Shown: piece by piece, positions 48,001 to 60,576 of the stretch
Position numbering within the stretch: position 1 is the first letter of the stretch
Layout: every line of letters begins with the position of its first letter
Assembly (NCBI GenBank): GCA_951406725.2
Contig: OX597821.1
Span: forward strand, 113,522,001-113,586,000
From: Octopus vulgaris
Lineage: Eukaryota
Direction: 5' to 3'
DNA length: 64,000 bases
Notes under the pieces: generated by a model
Seen by the model: the letters and a program-made list of their open reading frames with translations, nothing else
Told to the model about the DNA's origin: nothing
Databases searched by the model: none
Program-made: the position numbers and the translations under genes

Positions 48001-51000
48001 TCTGTATTTCTTTCAATTAAATTTAAATATAACAAAGAATTTAGTAAAATTAACTTCGTTATCATTAAGCAAGTGTTAGGAACATAAATTGTGACTAAGC
48101 TTTGATGGAAGATTTTAATTCAGAACTTATGAAAACAAGACATTTGTACAACAGAGTCAGAGGTGATTTCAGCCAGGTTGGTATCAAAAGGGTTAAGAAT
48201 TGTTTCTTTATTATATATTTTAACCCTTTTGTTACTGTATTTATTTTGAGATGCTCTGTATTTCTTTCAATTAATTTTAAATATAACAAAGAATTTAGTA
48301 AAATAGCTTAGTTATCTTTCAGCTAGTGTTAGGAGCACAAATTGTGACTAAGGTTCAGTGGAAGATTTTAATTCAAACTTATGAAAGCAAGACATTTGTA
48401 CTCAGAGCCAGAAGTGGTTTCTGCCAGGTTCGTATCAAAAGGGTTAATACAAAGTATCAAGATTTTTTTTTTTCACTTTCTTGTTCTGTTGAGAGGATAA
48501 ATCTGGAAATATGCGTGGTTAAGAAGCTTGCTTTGTAACCACATGGTTTCAGGTTCAATCTCTGTACATTCCTGTTTATCCTAAAGAACATCTATGGCTA
48601 CTTACTTCTCCTTGCAGCAACATCCACCCAGGGTGGGTTGAGCCAGCTCCGACCTACAAGTTATTTCATCTTTGGCGTTTCAGCATGAATACAGGTTCAC
48701 ATGTGGTCCCTGGACATATGTATACACACTTTGGGATAGTGTGGTTTGCAGCAGTCCATCGATTATTGACCATCACAGACGATTTGCTGACCAAGTCACG
48801 GCCAATTATCAGAGTAGATGTAACCTGGGTCTGAAGGGGGTTCTAGAGACATGCTTTAACAAAGAATAAGTAGGGGGTGCTGGTTTAGTCGCTGACAACC
48901 AAACCATGCAACAAGTTGTACTGGATTCCATTTTCCCAGTAGCAGTCATGAGACTTTATACAAAAAGAGCATTATCAATGTAAATTGAATTGATTTTGAC
49001 TAAGGTTTGAAATTTAGGTTGCATATCAGGTTTATTTTTAAAAAAATCAATAGCTGTATCACAATACTCGCCAATTTATAAGCAACAACTGGCAACCTGA
49101 CAAAGACTGATGTTTGCTGAAGCCTTTCAGATTTTCTGTTCTGAGCTAAATTATTCACTATTTTATAAATGTGATTAACCCTTTCATTACCAACCCAGCT
49201 GAAACTACCTCTGGGTCTGTAGAACAAATGTCTCGTTTTTATAAATTCTGAATTAAAATCTTCCACCAAACCTTAGGCACAGTTTATGTTCCTAACACTA
49301 GCTTAATGATAACTAAGTTATTTTACTAAATTCTTTGTTATATTTAAAGTAATTGAAAGAAACACAGAACATCTCAAAATAAAGACAGTTACGAAAGGGT
49401 TAAATATAACAAAGAATTTAGCAAAATAACTATGTTAAGGGTCATGTGTCTGTGGAGTATTCAGCCACATGCATGCTAGTTTCATGAGCAGGCTGTTCAA
49501 TTGATTGTGATCAACTAGAACTTGCATCGTCATAATCAATGGAGTGTCAGATTCTATCAGCACAACTCTCCCACAAAGGCTAAATGTCTCCAACTATTCT
49601 GTTTTTATCCATGGGAACATGTCTGGCTAAAGGGAAATATCTTCCTTGGAAGCAGTTAAGGTTTGGTGAGAGGGAAGGGATATTTGCCCATAGAAAATCT
49701 GCCTTGGGATATTCCATCTGTGCCATGCAAACATGGCAAAGTGGACAGTACAATGATGATAATGGCATCAATGATCAGCTTAAGGTTTCTCCTCACTGCA
49801 TACACTCTTACCATTCCTACGAAGATAACGGTACCATAACTGATTCCGTAATCTTCACCACCTGAGTGCTATCTCTATGCAGTTTAGGTATTTCTCACTG
49901 GATACATACCACTCCCATGAACAAAATCTTCAATAACACATTATATTGGGGCCACGAGAGGCAATCTAGTCTCTTGAATAAGGCCCTGTCCACATTTTCT
50001 CCTAAGAGATACTGACCCTGACCAGCAGGAATTCAACCTGGACATCATTTGTATTGACCACATCAATTAAGAAAGGTCCACACAGAATATGTATACTGGC
50101 TCTGTTCTCCAAACTAAATTTTAAAAATAGGTTATAAATTCAAAACCACGTGGAACCTTAAACGTCTAAAAATCAAAACTCCTCAATCAATAATGCGTTG
50201 CCATGCAAGAGCTGTAAATTACAACAGCTTGCAGATTACAAACTATAGATTTCTGTGAATAGAAATCTATATTCAATATATGCTTCATTACTGGAAATAC
50301 AGGAGGGAACATGTTGGTTATTCTGATTTCCTAAGGACACACAAATATTTAGCAATCAATGTATGGAGTTGTTGCTAGCTGGTATTTTTTTTTTGTAATA
50401 ATTAGGTAATACTTGTATATTGTGAATATACAAGTTGGTGGGAAAATTTTGTTCATACCAAAAAGAACTTTCCAGAAAAACGTCCTGTGTACAGTTATAT
50501 TTTGTTTGCTGGCAGAGAGCATGTTATTTCTTGTAAGTTGTGAATAAAATACTGGCTTTAAATTTTGGCACACAAGGCCAGTAATTTTGGAGGAGGGGCT
50601 TAATTGATAGCAACAATCCCAGGTTTTCAACTGGTACTTATTTTATCAGCCCCAAAAGGATGAAAGGCAAAGCTGACCTTGGCAGAATTTTAACTCAGAA
50701 TGTAAAGCTTATGAAATACCACAAAACAGTTAGCCTGGTATGCTAATGATTCTACCAGCACACTACTATGATGGGCTCAAATTTCAGCAAAGGGTTAAGA
50801 ATTTGGGAGGGAGGACTAAGTCAATTATATTGACCCCGGTACACAACTGGTATTTATTTTATTGATCCCAGGAAGATGAAATGCAAAGTAGGCCTCGGTG
50901 AAATTTGAACTCAGAATGTAAAGACAGATGAAATGCTTGCAAAGCATTTTACGCAGAGCGCTAACGATTCTGCCAACCTTCCACCTTCAGTTTTAATGAC

Positions 51001-51120
51001 ATTGAAATTCTATAAACCCGGAATCAACCAAGTGGTTTTGGTTTCAGACCTACTGTATAGTACTTTGGGCAAGTGTCTTCCACTATAGATCTGAGCCAAC
51101 TAATGAGTGAATTTGGTAAA

Positions 51121-51752
51121 TCATCATCATCATTGTTTAACGTCCGCTTTCCATGCTGGCATGGGTTGGAAGGTTTGACTGGGGTCTGGCAAGCCAGGAG
51201 GCTGCACCAGGCTCCAATCTGATCTGAGAATGTTTCTACAGCTGGATGCTCTTCCTAACGCCAACCACTCTGAGTGTAGTGGTAGAATTGCAGTATAAGT
51301 TTTCACACACATATAAGCAATGGAATTTGTGGTTTCTGGCTCCCATGCTGGTGGCACGCAATAAGCACCATTCATGTATCGGTCCTTGCCAGTGCCACCT
51401 GAGTGGCTCCCCGGCACAAGAGCCAGATGGGGTGAAGAGGCTGGCATCAACCATGTTTGGATGGCGATTTTTACATGTCACTGGCACGGGAGCCATTCAA
51501 GTCAGAGCTGGCATCAGCCACGTTTGGATGGTGCTTTTTACATTCCACTGGCACAGGAGCCAGTTGGGGTGAGGGGGCTGGCATAAACCACATTCAGATG
51601 GTGCTTTTTACATGTCACCGGCACGGGGAGCCACTCAGGTGGCACTGGCAATGACTGACACATGAATGGTGCTTATTGCGCGCCACCAGCATGGAAGCCA
51701 GAAACTACAAATTCCATTGCTTATATGTGTGTAAAGACTTATACTGCAATTC
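51121..51752 (-). mobile_element. RTE 3'-UTR copy with an internal 128-bp inverted duplication; other minus-strand RTE ends at ~6781-6932, 18280-18680, 43818-44290
   Basis: (CAT)n-GTTTAACGTCCG...GGATGC.CTTCCTAACGCCAACCACT start and subrepeats. Confidence 0.8.
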
Positions 51753-52914
51753 CATCAAAAAGCAGAGCGTTGGATGGTAATGTTTGGAGATATTCTTTGG
51801 ATGGAAATGTTCTGCTTTCGAAGATTAAGTGGAATGAAAATGTCCTTACATGAAAAATAGTTAAGAATTAACAGGAAGGGCAATCAGCAGTAAAAACAAA
51901 ACGATAATAATTTCTATTCATCTAACTCATGCTACCATAGGAACATGGACATAAAACAAACAAATAACACAATTATACTTTTGAAAGGTTGTTTATAATC
52001 TGTCCCTTTTTTACACAGCTTTTTCAAAGTTTTATTAACTTAAAAACCTAAAAGTTCCGACTCTGTTATTGCTTTTATCACCAATATTCTTTTCCTTTTT
52101 TTTTATAGGTTTATTCTGGCAGAATGAGTCATGCTTATGACCTTCACATTTGCTTTGTATTATGTGGTTATTTGAAAAAAGTAAACTAATGCCACAATAT
52201 CAAAGTGGTACTAATAAGAGGGTCATTTTGCCAATGAACACACATGCACTGGTTCTATTTTACTTCTTTCTAATATTATCAGTTAAGGCAGTGAGCTGAT
52301 AGAATCATTACGCCATCAGGCAAAATGTGTAGCTGTATTTCTTCTAGCTTTGTCATTCTGGGTTCAAATTCTACAAAGGATGACTTTGCTGTTCCTCCTT
52401 TTGGCGATTGATAAAGTACCAGTCAAGTACTGGGGGTTGATATGATCGACTTGCTGCCTCACTTCGAAACCGCTGGACTTGTGCCAAGTTTTAAAGAAAA
52501 TTTAAATGTTCCTCTAACTTAGCAGTTCAACAAAAGAAACCGAGAAAATAAGTACCAAGCTTAAAAAAAAAGTCCTGGGGTCAATTCATTCGACTAAAAA
52601 TTCTTCAAAGTGGTGCCCCAGCATGGCTACTGTAATGAATGGAACAAGTAAAAGGTAAAATAATTATTATTAATTACCTAATTAACCAATTAACAAATCA
52701 ATTGCTTGGCTAATCATTCAATCAGGTGACCTGATCAAATAATTAGAGAAGCAACTGTTTAGTTTGTTATTCCAGATCTCGTCAGGTGTGGCACACCCGG
52801 AGTGACAAAGGCAAGTCATTGATGAGGAATGACAACAAACAGACTCTGACGAACAAACTGATTGATCGATTGAACAAATTATTAGTTTTGAATAATTAAA
52901 TAGTTGATTAATAA

Positions 52915-53830
52915 TTTTTTCTGTTATAGGTACAAAGCCTGCAATTTTGTTGGTGGGGAAGGGGCTAGTTGATGTAGATAGACATCAAGGGGCTAGTTGA
53001 TGTAGATACCTCACTGGTACTTTATTTTAACGATTCCAAAAAGATGAAAGGCAAAGTCAACCTCTGCAGGATTTGAACTCAAAACATAAAGACAAAAACA
53101 AAATGCTGTTAAGTATTTTGCCAATTGTGCTAACAATTCTGCCAGCTCACCATCTTTATAGTTGACTAGCACTATGACCCGGCGTTGCATAGTTTCTGCA
53201 TAGTTGATTAATAATAATAATCCTTTTTACTAAAGGCACAAGGCCTGAAATTTGGGGGGAGGGGACCAGGCAATTACATCAACCCTAATGTGTAACTGGT
53301 ACTTCATTTATGGACCCTGAAAGGATGAAAGGCAAAGCTGACCCCAGTGGCATTTGAAAATTAATAATAATAATTATTATTATCTCTACTCCAGGCACAA
53401 GGCCTTGAAAACTTTTGGGGAAGGGGGCTAGTTGGTTATATCAACCCCCGTGTGTAACTGGTACTTATTTCATCAACCCTGATAGGATGAAAGGTAAAGT
53501 CAACCTTGACAGCATTTGAAAATTCATCATCATCATCATCGTTTAACGTCCGTTTTCCATGCTAGCATGGGTTGGACTATAGCATGAATAATAATAATAA
53601 TCCTTTCTACTATAGATACAAGGCCTGAAATTTGGAGGAAGAGGACTAGTCAATTACATCAACCCCAGTGCATAGCTGGTACTTAATTTATCGACCCTGA
53701 AAGGAATTTGAACACAGAACATAGCAACGGGCGTAATACCGCTAAGCATTTCGCTTGTTGCCTTAATAATAATAATCTTTTCTACTCCAGGCACAAGGCC
53801 CCAATAATAATAATAACAATAATAATATTA
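52915..53830 (-). mobile_element. Tandem cluster of ~4-5 SINE family B copies or fragments (also ~50550-50990)
   Basis: Repeated (AAT)n-CCTTTCTACT..AGGCACAAGGCCTGAAA units. Confidence 0.8.
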
Positions 53831-54648
53831 ATAATAATAATCAAGTGATCTAGAACCAGTGATTTTATTAACAAACTGATCCTCCCAACATACAACAATC
53901 AAGGATAATCTTTGGTTTATAATCAAAAATTTAATCTTTTCACTGACAGCATTAAATGAGAGACAAATATTATCCATCTGCATGATCTTGGACTATAGCA
54001 GACAAACTTCCACAGAATCTTTGATACTCATTTCAGCAGTTTGGTGACTAGAAGTAAAAACTTATCTTGTTTAGGGCATTGTACCTAGAGACACAATAAT
54101 GTACCTGAACAAGATTTGAACTCATGAATTGGTAGAGCAATATCTTAAAAGTGTATAAGATGGGCCAATGAGAAGGGTGCGTATATGAGCAGTGAGCCTG
54201 CAAGAAATAGCAGCTAAATCTACTTTGTCACATTCCGCTGTTGATAATAATAAAAGATATAATGGATACTGTAATCTTAAATGTTTTGGCAGGAATCTTT
54301 GATCATAGGACAGGGATTAAACACACACACACACACCTTGCTTTGTCTTGGCCCTTCAACTCTTTGAAAGTGTTTTAGGACATCTCAAATCTGACCACTA
54401 CAGTTGATTTCTTCCAGAAAGAGAGAAACACAGGCAGGAAAAAAAGTGAAGAATCAACCACAGGACAGTACAGGGCTGGTATTTTATTTATCAAGCCCAC
54501 AAGTTGACCTTAATGGAATTTGAACTCAGAGTGTAGACAAGTAGAACAAAAGTCACAAGGTATTTTAACTGACATTCTAATCAATCTGCTACTTGCCCAC
54601 CATATATATCTGTGTGTGTGTGTGCGTGTACGTACGTACAAGACATAC

Positions 54649-54651
<3 letters not shown>

Positions 54652-54733
<82 letters not shown>
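54652..54733. repeat. Compound (TA)n(GA)n microsatellite; other long (TA)n at ~35037-35071, 40807-40841, 60526-60567
   Basis: Direct inspection. Confidence 0.95.
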
Positions 54734-54736
<3 letters not shown>

Positions 54737-55449
54737 GCTATTCGATTAGAAAATGCTTCAATGCCAGAATTTCTTTAAAATTTTCTCTCATTGATATGAG
54801 ATTTGAAGTCAATATAAAAATTATATTTCTATTAACATCAACAAATGTATAGGAAGACCTGAAGATAATAAATACATGATTGCTGTATACACCAAAAGAA
54901 TGCTATATTCTAATACAGTGAAAATGTTTCTGAAAAAAAAATTATTATTATATATATTGGTAATACTAAAAGAATATTTCAGTGTATCACCTAAAAGAAA
55001 AGAGAATGCCAATAATGAATAAAATAAAAATATTCCAATTCAGAAAGATTTTAGAGAGAAATTCTTCACACATTATTAGAAAATTAAAAACAAAAACTTG
55101 TTTTAAAAGAAAAGACTTTCTAAATTTTTGTATACTAAGAGGTATAGTTAAAACGTGCTTCATGGTGAATTGGTTACCTTCTACTTTTGTTAGTACATAG
55201 TACTAATAATATATTGCAGTCACTGTAGTTGATGCAAACTGTTTTTGTAATAACTTAGGTAACGCATTTGTTATAACAATCTGAGGTAGGGGAAAATAGA
55301 AAATGGAAGAAAAATTTGTTCATGCGCAAAAGAAAACCCGGAAAACATGCTAGCACAGGGTTCGTTGTTACTGTACATAAATTAATAAAATATTTCAATT
55401 ATATAAATATTGGTTATAATATAAATATATTATATATATTTATATATAT

Positions 55450-56787
55450 TTAATATAAGATCGTCCATTTCGAAGGCTGTTCACACTCTGCTCCTTCTTC
55501 TTCTTTACATAACCTATTAAAAGTTGTAATTGTTTTAAAACCTAAAATTTCCCTTTCTTCTTGGATTCGAAATGAAAAGGTTGATAAATGTGTTCCAATA
55601 AAGTACCTGGCATGGGCACAGATCCACTGATCGATAATAGCCACGCCACCGTCCATGTATTTTGCTAAAATATCCTTCGGTGGTATAAAGTTATAAACTT
55701 CGTATTTTTTCTTCAACTTCTTTCTTAGCTTTTCGACATCATCTGGATCGTCAGATGCAATAAAAACTTTCTGTAATCCGAATTGTTTCAAGAGTTTTCT
55801 TATTTGTTTAGCTGCAAACTTCAACGTGGGGACATGGTCCCTGTGAGCGCGTAAATAATCTTTACGGCGTAGGTGAACGCCCAGATACGGGCCGCCAAAG
55901 GCATTTCGCTCTTTGCGAATCATTTTCCGCCAGTCTGATTCCCAAATGGTTCTGTCAGTCGCGTCTGTAGAATTAAGGAATTCTGCACGGAATTCGTCAC
56001 CTATAGAACGGAGGTCCTTGGAGAAAACCATGCTTCTCCGAGCACGCCAATATTCTTTGTCGCCGTAGAGGTCATGTAACAAATTTTCAGCACGATCCAC
56101 CAAGACAGATGTGGAAGTAGTATTCTTCAACAAAATAGGCTTCATTATACCGGCATGGCCTTGAACAGACAGACATTTAAAGTGCTTGGCGCGGATGTCG
56201 TCATAGTAACCAAAAAACCAGCCTCTCCAAAGATTATTTTCATCCAAATTGTACCGTTTTTTCTCCAGACATTCACGCTCATCAATTTTCTCTTCAAAAT
56301 TCCCGTCCGTCCAACCTTCTTTATAATGCTGTAAATAATAAACCTGGTCGATATGTCCCTCAGATCCAGTCACTTTCAAAAAGTCATCGAACTCCATCGT
56401 TGGTACATGATAAGACAGACTCTCTACATCAAAAAACAGCGACCATGGTATACGTATCTGTCTTCCTTCCAAATTCTCTGACTGCCAGTGGTAAAGGTTA
56501 CCCCAAGGAGGCAGTACTAATACCCACGGTTCGATCGCGTTGAGACTTTTAGCTAAATTAGCCACTCGCATATAAACGTCTCGTCGAAGGTTGAAGCCTT
56601 CGCCGTGATTTACATCGTACAATAAATACCTGTTGCTTTTTGCTGTCCCAAACGCTACATCCTGCGCCCCAGGTACCTGGTAGGCCATGTCATCAAGGTT
56701 ATCATGGCAGTAAGCGGGAATTAAATATAAAAATAATAGAGAGACTAAAGCACCACATGTTTTTAAATTTGCCACGTAGACGTCCAT
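55450..56787 (-). CDS. POFUT2: GDP-fucose protein O-fucosyltransferase 2 (GT68), 445 aa, single coding exon
   Basis: Hydrophobic signal peptide; RYLLYDVN.GEGFNLRRDVY (catalytic Glu), GGPYLGVHLRRKD, GGVAIIDQWICAHARYFIGT, STFSFRI.EEREILGF motifs; uninterrupted ORF. Confidence 0.97.
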   Translation of the reverse strand: MDVYVANLKTCGALVSLLFLYLIPAYCHDNLDDMAYQVPGAQDVAFGTAKSNRYLLYDVNHGEGFNLRRDVYMRVANLAKSLNAIEPWVLVLPPWGNLYHWQSENLEGRQIRIPWSLFFDVESLSYHVPTMEFDDFLKVTGSEGHIDQVYYLQHYKEGWTDGNFEEKIDERECLEKKRYNLDENNLWRGWFFGYYDDIRAKHFKCLSVQGHAGIMKPILLKNTTSTSVLVDRAENLLHDLYGDKEYWRARRSMVFSKDLRSIGDEFRAEFLNSTDATDRTIWESDWRKMIRKERNAFGGPYLGVHLRRKDYLRAHRDHVPTLKFAAKQIRKLLKQFGLQKVFIASDDPDDVEKLRKKLKKKYEVYNFIPPKDILAKYMDGGVAIIDQWICAHARYFIGTHLSTFSFRIQEEREILGFKTITTFNRLCKEEEGAECEQPSKWTILY

Positions 56788-56806
56788 TTTGATATCGAAT
56801 AAATCA

Positions 56807-56815
56807 ACATCCGGT
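56807..56815 (-). promoter_or_regulatory. ETS-type motif ACCGGATGT 20 bp upstream of the POFUT2 ATG
   Basis: Motif match in a CpG-retaining region; function inferred only. Confidence 0.35.
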
Positions 56816-57720
56816 TTTAAACAAGGGAGACAATTCTAATAAACAAGACCATGTGTGTGTGTGTGTGTGCGTGTGTATGTGTTTGCGCGCGCGTGTGCGT
56901 GTACGTGTGTGTGTGTTGTTTATGTTTCGAGCCTGATCAGCTGATCGAAAAGACTTGTGATTGAACGGGTGTTCCGAGCTGCTTGGGATAACCTTTGATC
57001 ATGACATCTCTACCCCAGGTCCCCAATCTTATATAAGTTTATACATCAGACCCCAAAATGCCGCCTGCATGAAAATGTTGCCAAAGAAAAACCGACCCCT
57101 CGTCCTTCACCCCAGCTACGCTGCTGTTCTGCAATGATCCTCCACTGCTTCTTTTTTTCAAGGCCGCTCCTACCATTTTTTATCATTATTATTATTTTTG
57201 AGAAATCCACGACTAAAAAAAAACTAGTCGCTATGTTCGCGGAATGGAATGTAAGATTTTACTAATAAATTTCATGATAGAAATATCACTTAAGATTTTT
57301 CTAGTGTTCACTGTTAAAAAACTGATTATTATTAATAACATGCAATATTTTGGTCGTGTTGGTATTTTATCTTATCTGTACAAGAGGAATAAAATTCTTA
57401 ATTAATTTCGGCCGGATTTGAACTCACAATTATTTTATCCCACTCTCTAAAGATTCCGCCAAACACAAAAATGCAAGTATATTTCTGTAATAAAACATGT
57501 AGGTATAAAATAATTCAGAAGTTTTGGTGAGCATTTATTCAATTTCATTTATTATTATTTTTTAAAACCTTTTAATATTGAAAATATTTAATTAAAGAAC
57601 ATGAAAGTAAACATTTGCAATGAAATTTTGCAATTTACTGCAAACACTAACACTAACATATCACCTTGTTATTCTTGATGTCAAATCTTAAAACTTTTTT
57701 TTATTTTCATATATAACATA

Positions 57721-58067
57721 CTAGCACTATGACCCGGCATTGCCTGGTCATACTGCTAGTGCATGCATATACAGCTGCATGCGTGCACACATACACGCGA
57801 GTACTGTCCAAATCTCCGACCAATCACATACAGCTAGTTGGCATTCAATTGGCGTATCAAGTTTCGGACATTTTGATTGGGTTTTGGATAGAAATCTATT
57901 GATTTTTTTATGGCTTTACGGGGGTGACTGGGGAAATGTAAAGATGTGCACGACCACCCTTGGACGGTTTTGAATGATCATAGAAAGTGTGAGCCCTCCA
58001 ACAGAAAAATTGTGGGTTTGTATAAAGGACACACACACAGACATTTTGCCGTTTATATATAGAGAGA
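57721..58067 (-). mobile_element. Non-autonomous Helitron
   Basis: Minus strand 5' A|TCTCTCTATATATAAA..., 3' hairpin GACCAGGCA-A-TGCCGGGTC, then ATAGTG-CTAG|T. A 3'-end fragment also lies at 53166-53188. Confidence 0.8.
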
Positions 58068-58249
58068 TAAAGATGTACATCTTTTAGAACACTGGTAAAT
58101 TTTTAAATCATCATAAACATTTATTTACGTGAAACAAAATTACCGGAGAACTTTCATCTAATACTTGCAAATCTTTCTGTTAAAACTATTCGCTATGCTA
58201 CAACTGTATTGAAACCATTTGTGTCTTAAAATTTTTTTTTTTTAATTAC

Positions 58250-59085
58250 AGCAACTGGTCATCCACCACAAGGTTTAACGGAACCTATTGAAGCAAGCCA
58301 GCACGCTCACAGCATTACCACGGGCGATGGTGAGGCTAAGGCGTTGGGAAAGCCAAACACCCTAATGGACATCACCTGACACCTCGGTGAGGCGAGCTGC
58401 CAACGTTGACAAGAACTTCGCGATTAGTGGCCCAGTCACCTCTGAACGTCTCAAACGCCACAGGTTGGAAGAGATAGTTCACTGTCAGGTCCCGATACCT
58501 TAGGGTTTTCTTCCGTTCAGCCGCGGAAGCAGTGACCTTCCCATTAACTGCAGCATCCAGGATGTGGGAGGGAGCAAAGGGATCGCAGACTGTGGCGTCC
58601 CAAATGAGGCACCTACCTGTAACCCAGGGACAGAGGGTAAAACCATCTTTCCATTACTTCTGGATAACCCCGACGGCTCCAGAACTGAAGGTATATTAAT
58701 CCGAGCCAGGGTCCGCTTAATGATTAGGTTTAGCTCGGTGTGACGAGCGAAGTGACCAGCATTTAAGTGGCAAGACAAACCATGAAGACCTGTGGGATTG
58801 AGGAGGCCTACCACAGTGACATCTCAGTTCCCACTCTGAGTGCGAAGTTTATCTAGATTGAGTAAACCTCCAATGATGGCCACAGACAAGGCATCAATCT
58901 AGTCCCCTGAGAATTTTGCACTAGCTGAAAGTAGGCGACACTTTGAGAATTGATCAGATAGATCAAGGAGAGAGTTGAAAGTGACACTTGAACGCAGGTT
59001 GTTCCATACTCTCTGTTTATGTCTAAACTCCACAGTAACCGTAACATACAAACCTAGCTCTTTCCATTGTGATAGAGCTTCACCC
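58250..59085 (-). pseudogene. Relic of an RLE-type (CRE-like) non-LTR retrotransposon C-terminus
   Basis: GLHGLSC...RH.ELN.IIKRTL...IPSVLEP.GL.R.NGK and QRLSLTIARGNA motifs, with frameshifts and stops. Confidence 0.75.
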
Positions 59086-59630
59086 ACTTCCACAAAAAGC
59101 GAAATAGGAGCCGTTCCAACTTCATCATCCACAACTTGGAGCAAGGCACGACGGTTAGGCGGTAGGTTATCACAGATGTTATAAACACCTGTGCAACCTC
59201 CACCCTCCCCAGCAAAACGTCCTTCCAGATCAGGTCTGGGTTAGGGCAGTCACCCTGCCTGTGACCTCGCTCCAGTCTTTATCCATCAGGAGATCTTGCC
59301 AAAACCAAATCCGAGCAGTTTAACCGGACACTCCATCCAACGTCCTACGACGCTGTTGGTGGGCATTGACTTGCCTCTCTAGGTGCCGAGTTGCAAGCCG
59401 ACTGATTTTTTTCTGGTTAATTTCGTATCTTTTGATGGCGTCTTCTACGCGAGGTAGCTGCCCTTCATCAGACATGATACCATAGATCACGCGGATCAGC
59501 CCCTGCAGCCATCAAACTCCGCAGCATCGGCTCAAGCGACACTGCATACAGAAGCGGGGACAGGATGCAATCCTATCGGACCAAACGCTCGATCGGGAAC
59601 GGTTTCGAGGCTCTTTCATTGATTCGATTG
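59086..59630 (-). pseudogene. Relic of L1/Tx1-clade reverse transcriptase
   Basis: VR*DCILSPLLYAVSLEPMLR (VRQGCPLSP motif), KLLG..FG, ITYRLTVVPC..W..KLERLLFRFLWK. Confidence 0.75.
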
Positions 59631-59847
59631 CGTGATGAGATTTTTTTTTTACACATATATGTATGTATATATATATATATCATCGGCAGCAGTTAGTAAG
59701 TCAAAAGCTGAGAGTTTCGTGTATTGGCACTAATCAAACATGAATTTGGCCATTAAAAACATCTCTGGTTATTAAAGAAGGGTTTTGTTAGGGAAGATTT
59801 TCAGCTTAAATTTTTCTGTTGTCGAAGATTCGTCGTTTTGTCAATAG

Positions 59848-59857
59848 ACCCGGAAGT
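59848..59857 (+). promoter_or_regulatory. ETS/GABP-type motif ACCCGGAAGT in the putative MRPL13 promoter
   Basis: Canonical CCGGAAGT ~410 bp upstream of the ATG in CpG-retaining sequence; typical of housekeeping and mitochondrial gene promoters. Confidence 0.45.
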
Positions 59858-60266
59858 TGTTCGCAAACAGCAGCAGTAATTTTCTTCAACTGAATACACG
59901 TCATTGATTGGTTAAGATTACCCAAATACGACAATTTTAACACGAAATAACTTCTAAAATACAAAATTTTGTCAAAAACGTTAAGAGTAAACCCTGTTCT
60001 ACGTGACACATTCTACCAGTATCCGAAATTTCAAAGTGTTTAGTTAAAAAAATTTTTTTTAATGTCTGCATTAGGCACAGGTATTCCGAAAGTTCGCATC
60101 TCAAATTTCATTTTGTGACCATACACTGAAAGAATACTGATACTCCAATAAATCATTTCTACCACGTGGTATAAGAGGAAGAGACTTTATAAAACTTGGA
60201 GGATAGAATTCCTGTCTTTCAGCTTTTCTGATCAAAGGAAGTTCAGAGTTACCTGCCCCTGGCACC

Positions 60267-60296
60267 ATGTCTCCGTCAGCGATGAATCGAGTCTTG
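60267..60296 (+). CDS. MRPL13: MRPL13 first coding exon (MSPSAMNRVL)
   Basis: gcaccATG context, ttg|gtaagg donor in phase 0, joins to the QWATF exon like vertebrate MSSFSRAPQ-QWATF. The second ATG at 60282 is an alternative start. Confidence 0.75.
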
Positions 60297-60519
60297 GTAA
60301 GGTTTTCTTTTTCTTCTTATTATTATTACTGTAATAATGGTTAAAGCTATAAAATTAGAAATATTTTTGGAAACTACACTTCTTTATGTGTGTACAATAT
60401 TTGTTACTTTGGAAAACTCGACTAAAAATAATTATGAAAAGTTAAAGTTAAGAGTTCAGTCTTGTGTTTACGACACGAACGATTTGAAAATGTTCACACA
60501 AAATTATTTTTAAAATGTT

Positions 60520-60576
<57 letters not shown>

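Noticed and set aside
52756-52860. Possible hammerhead (CTGACGA on both strands within a weak inverted repeat)
   Set aside because: No correctly placed GAAA core or stem II/I pairing.
60081-60222. 5'-UTR intron of MRPL13 (cag|gtattc ... tttcag)
   Set aside because: Plausible sites but unsupported without transcript data.
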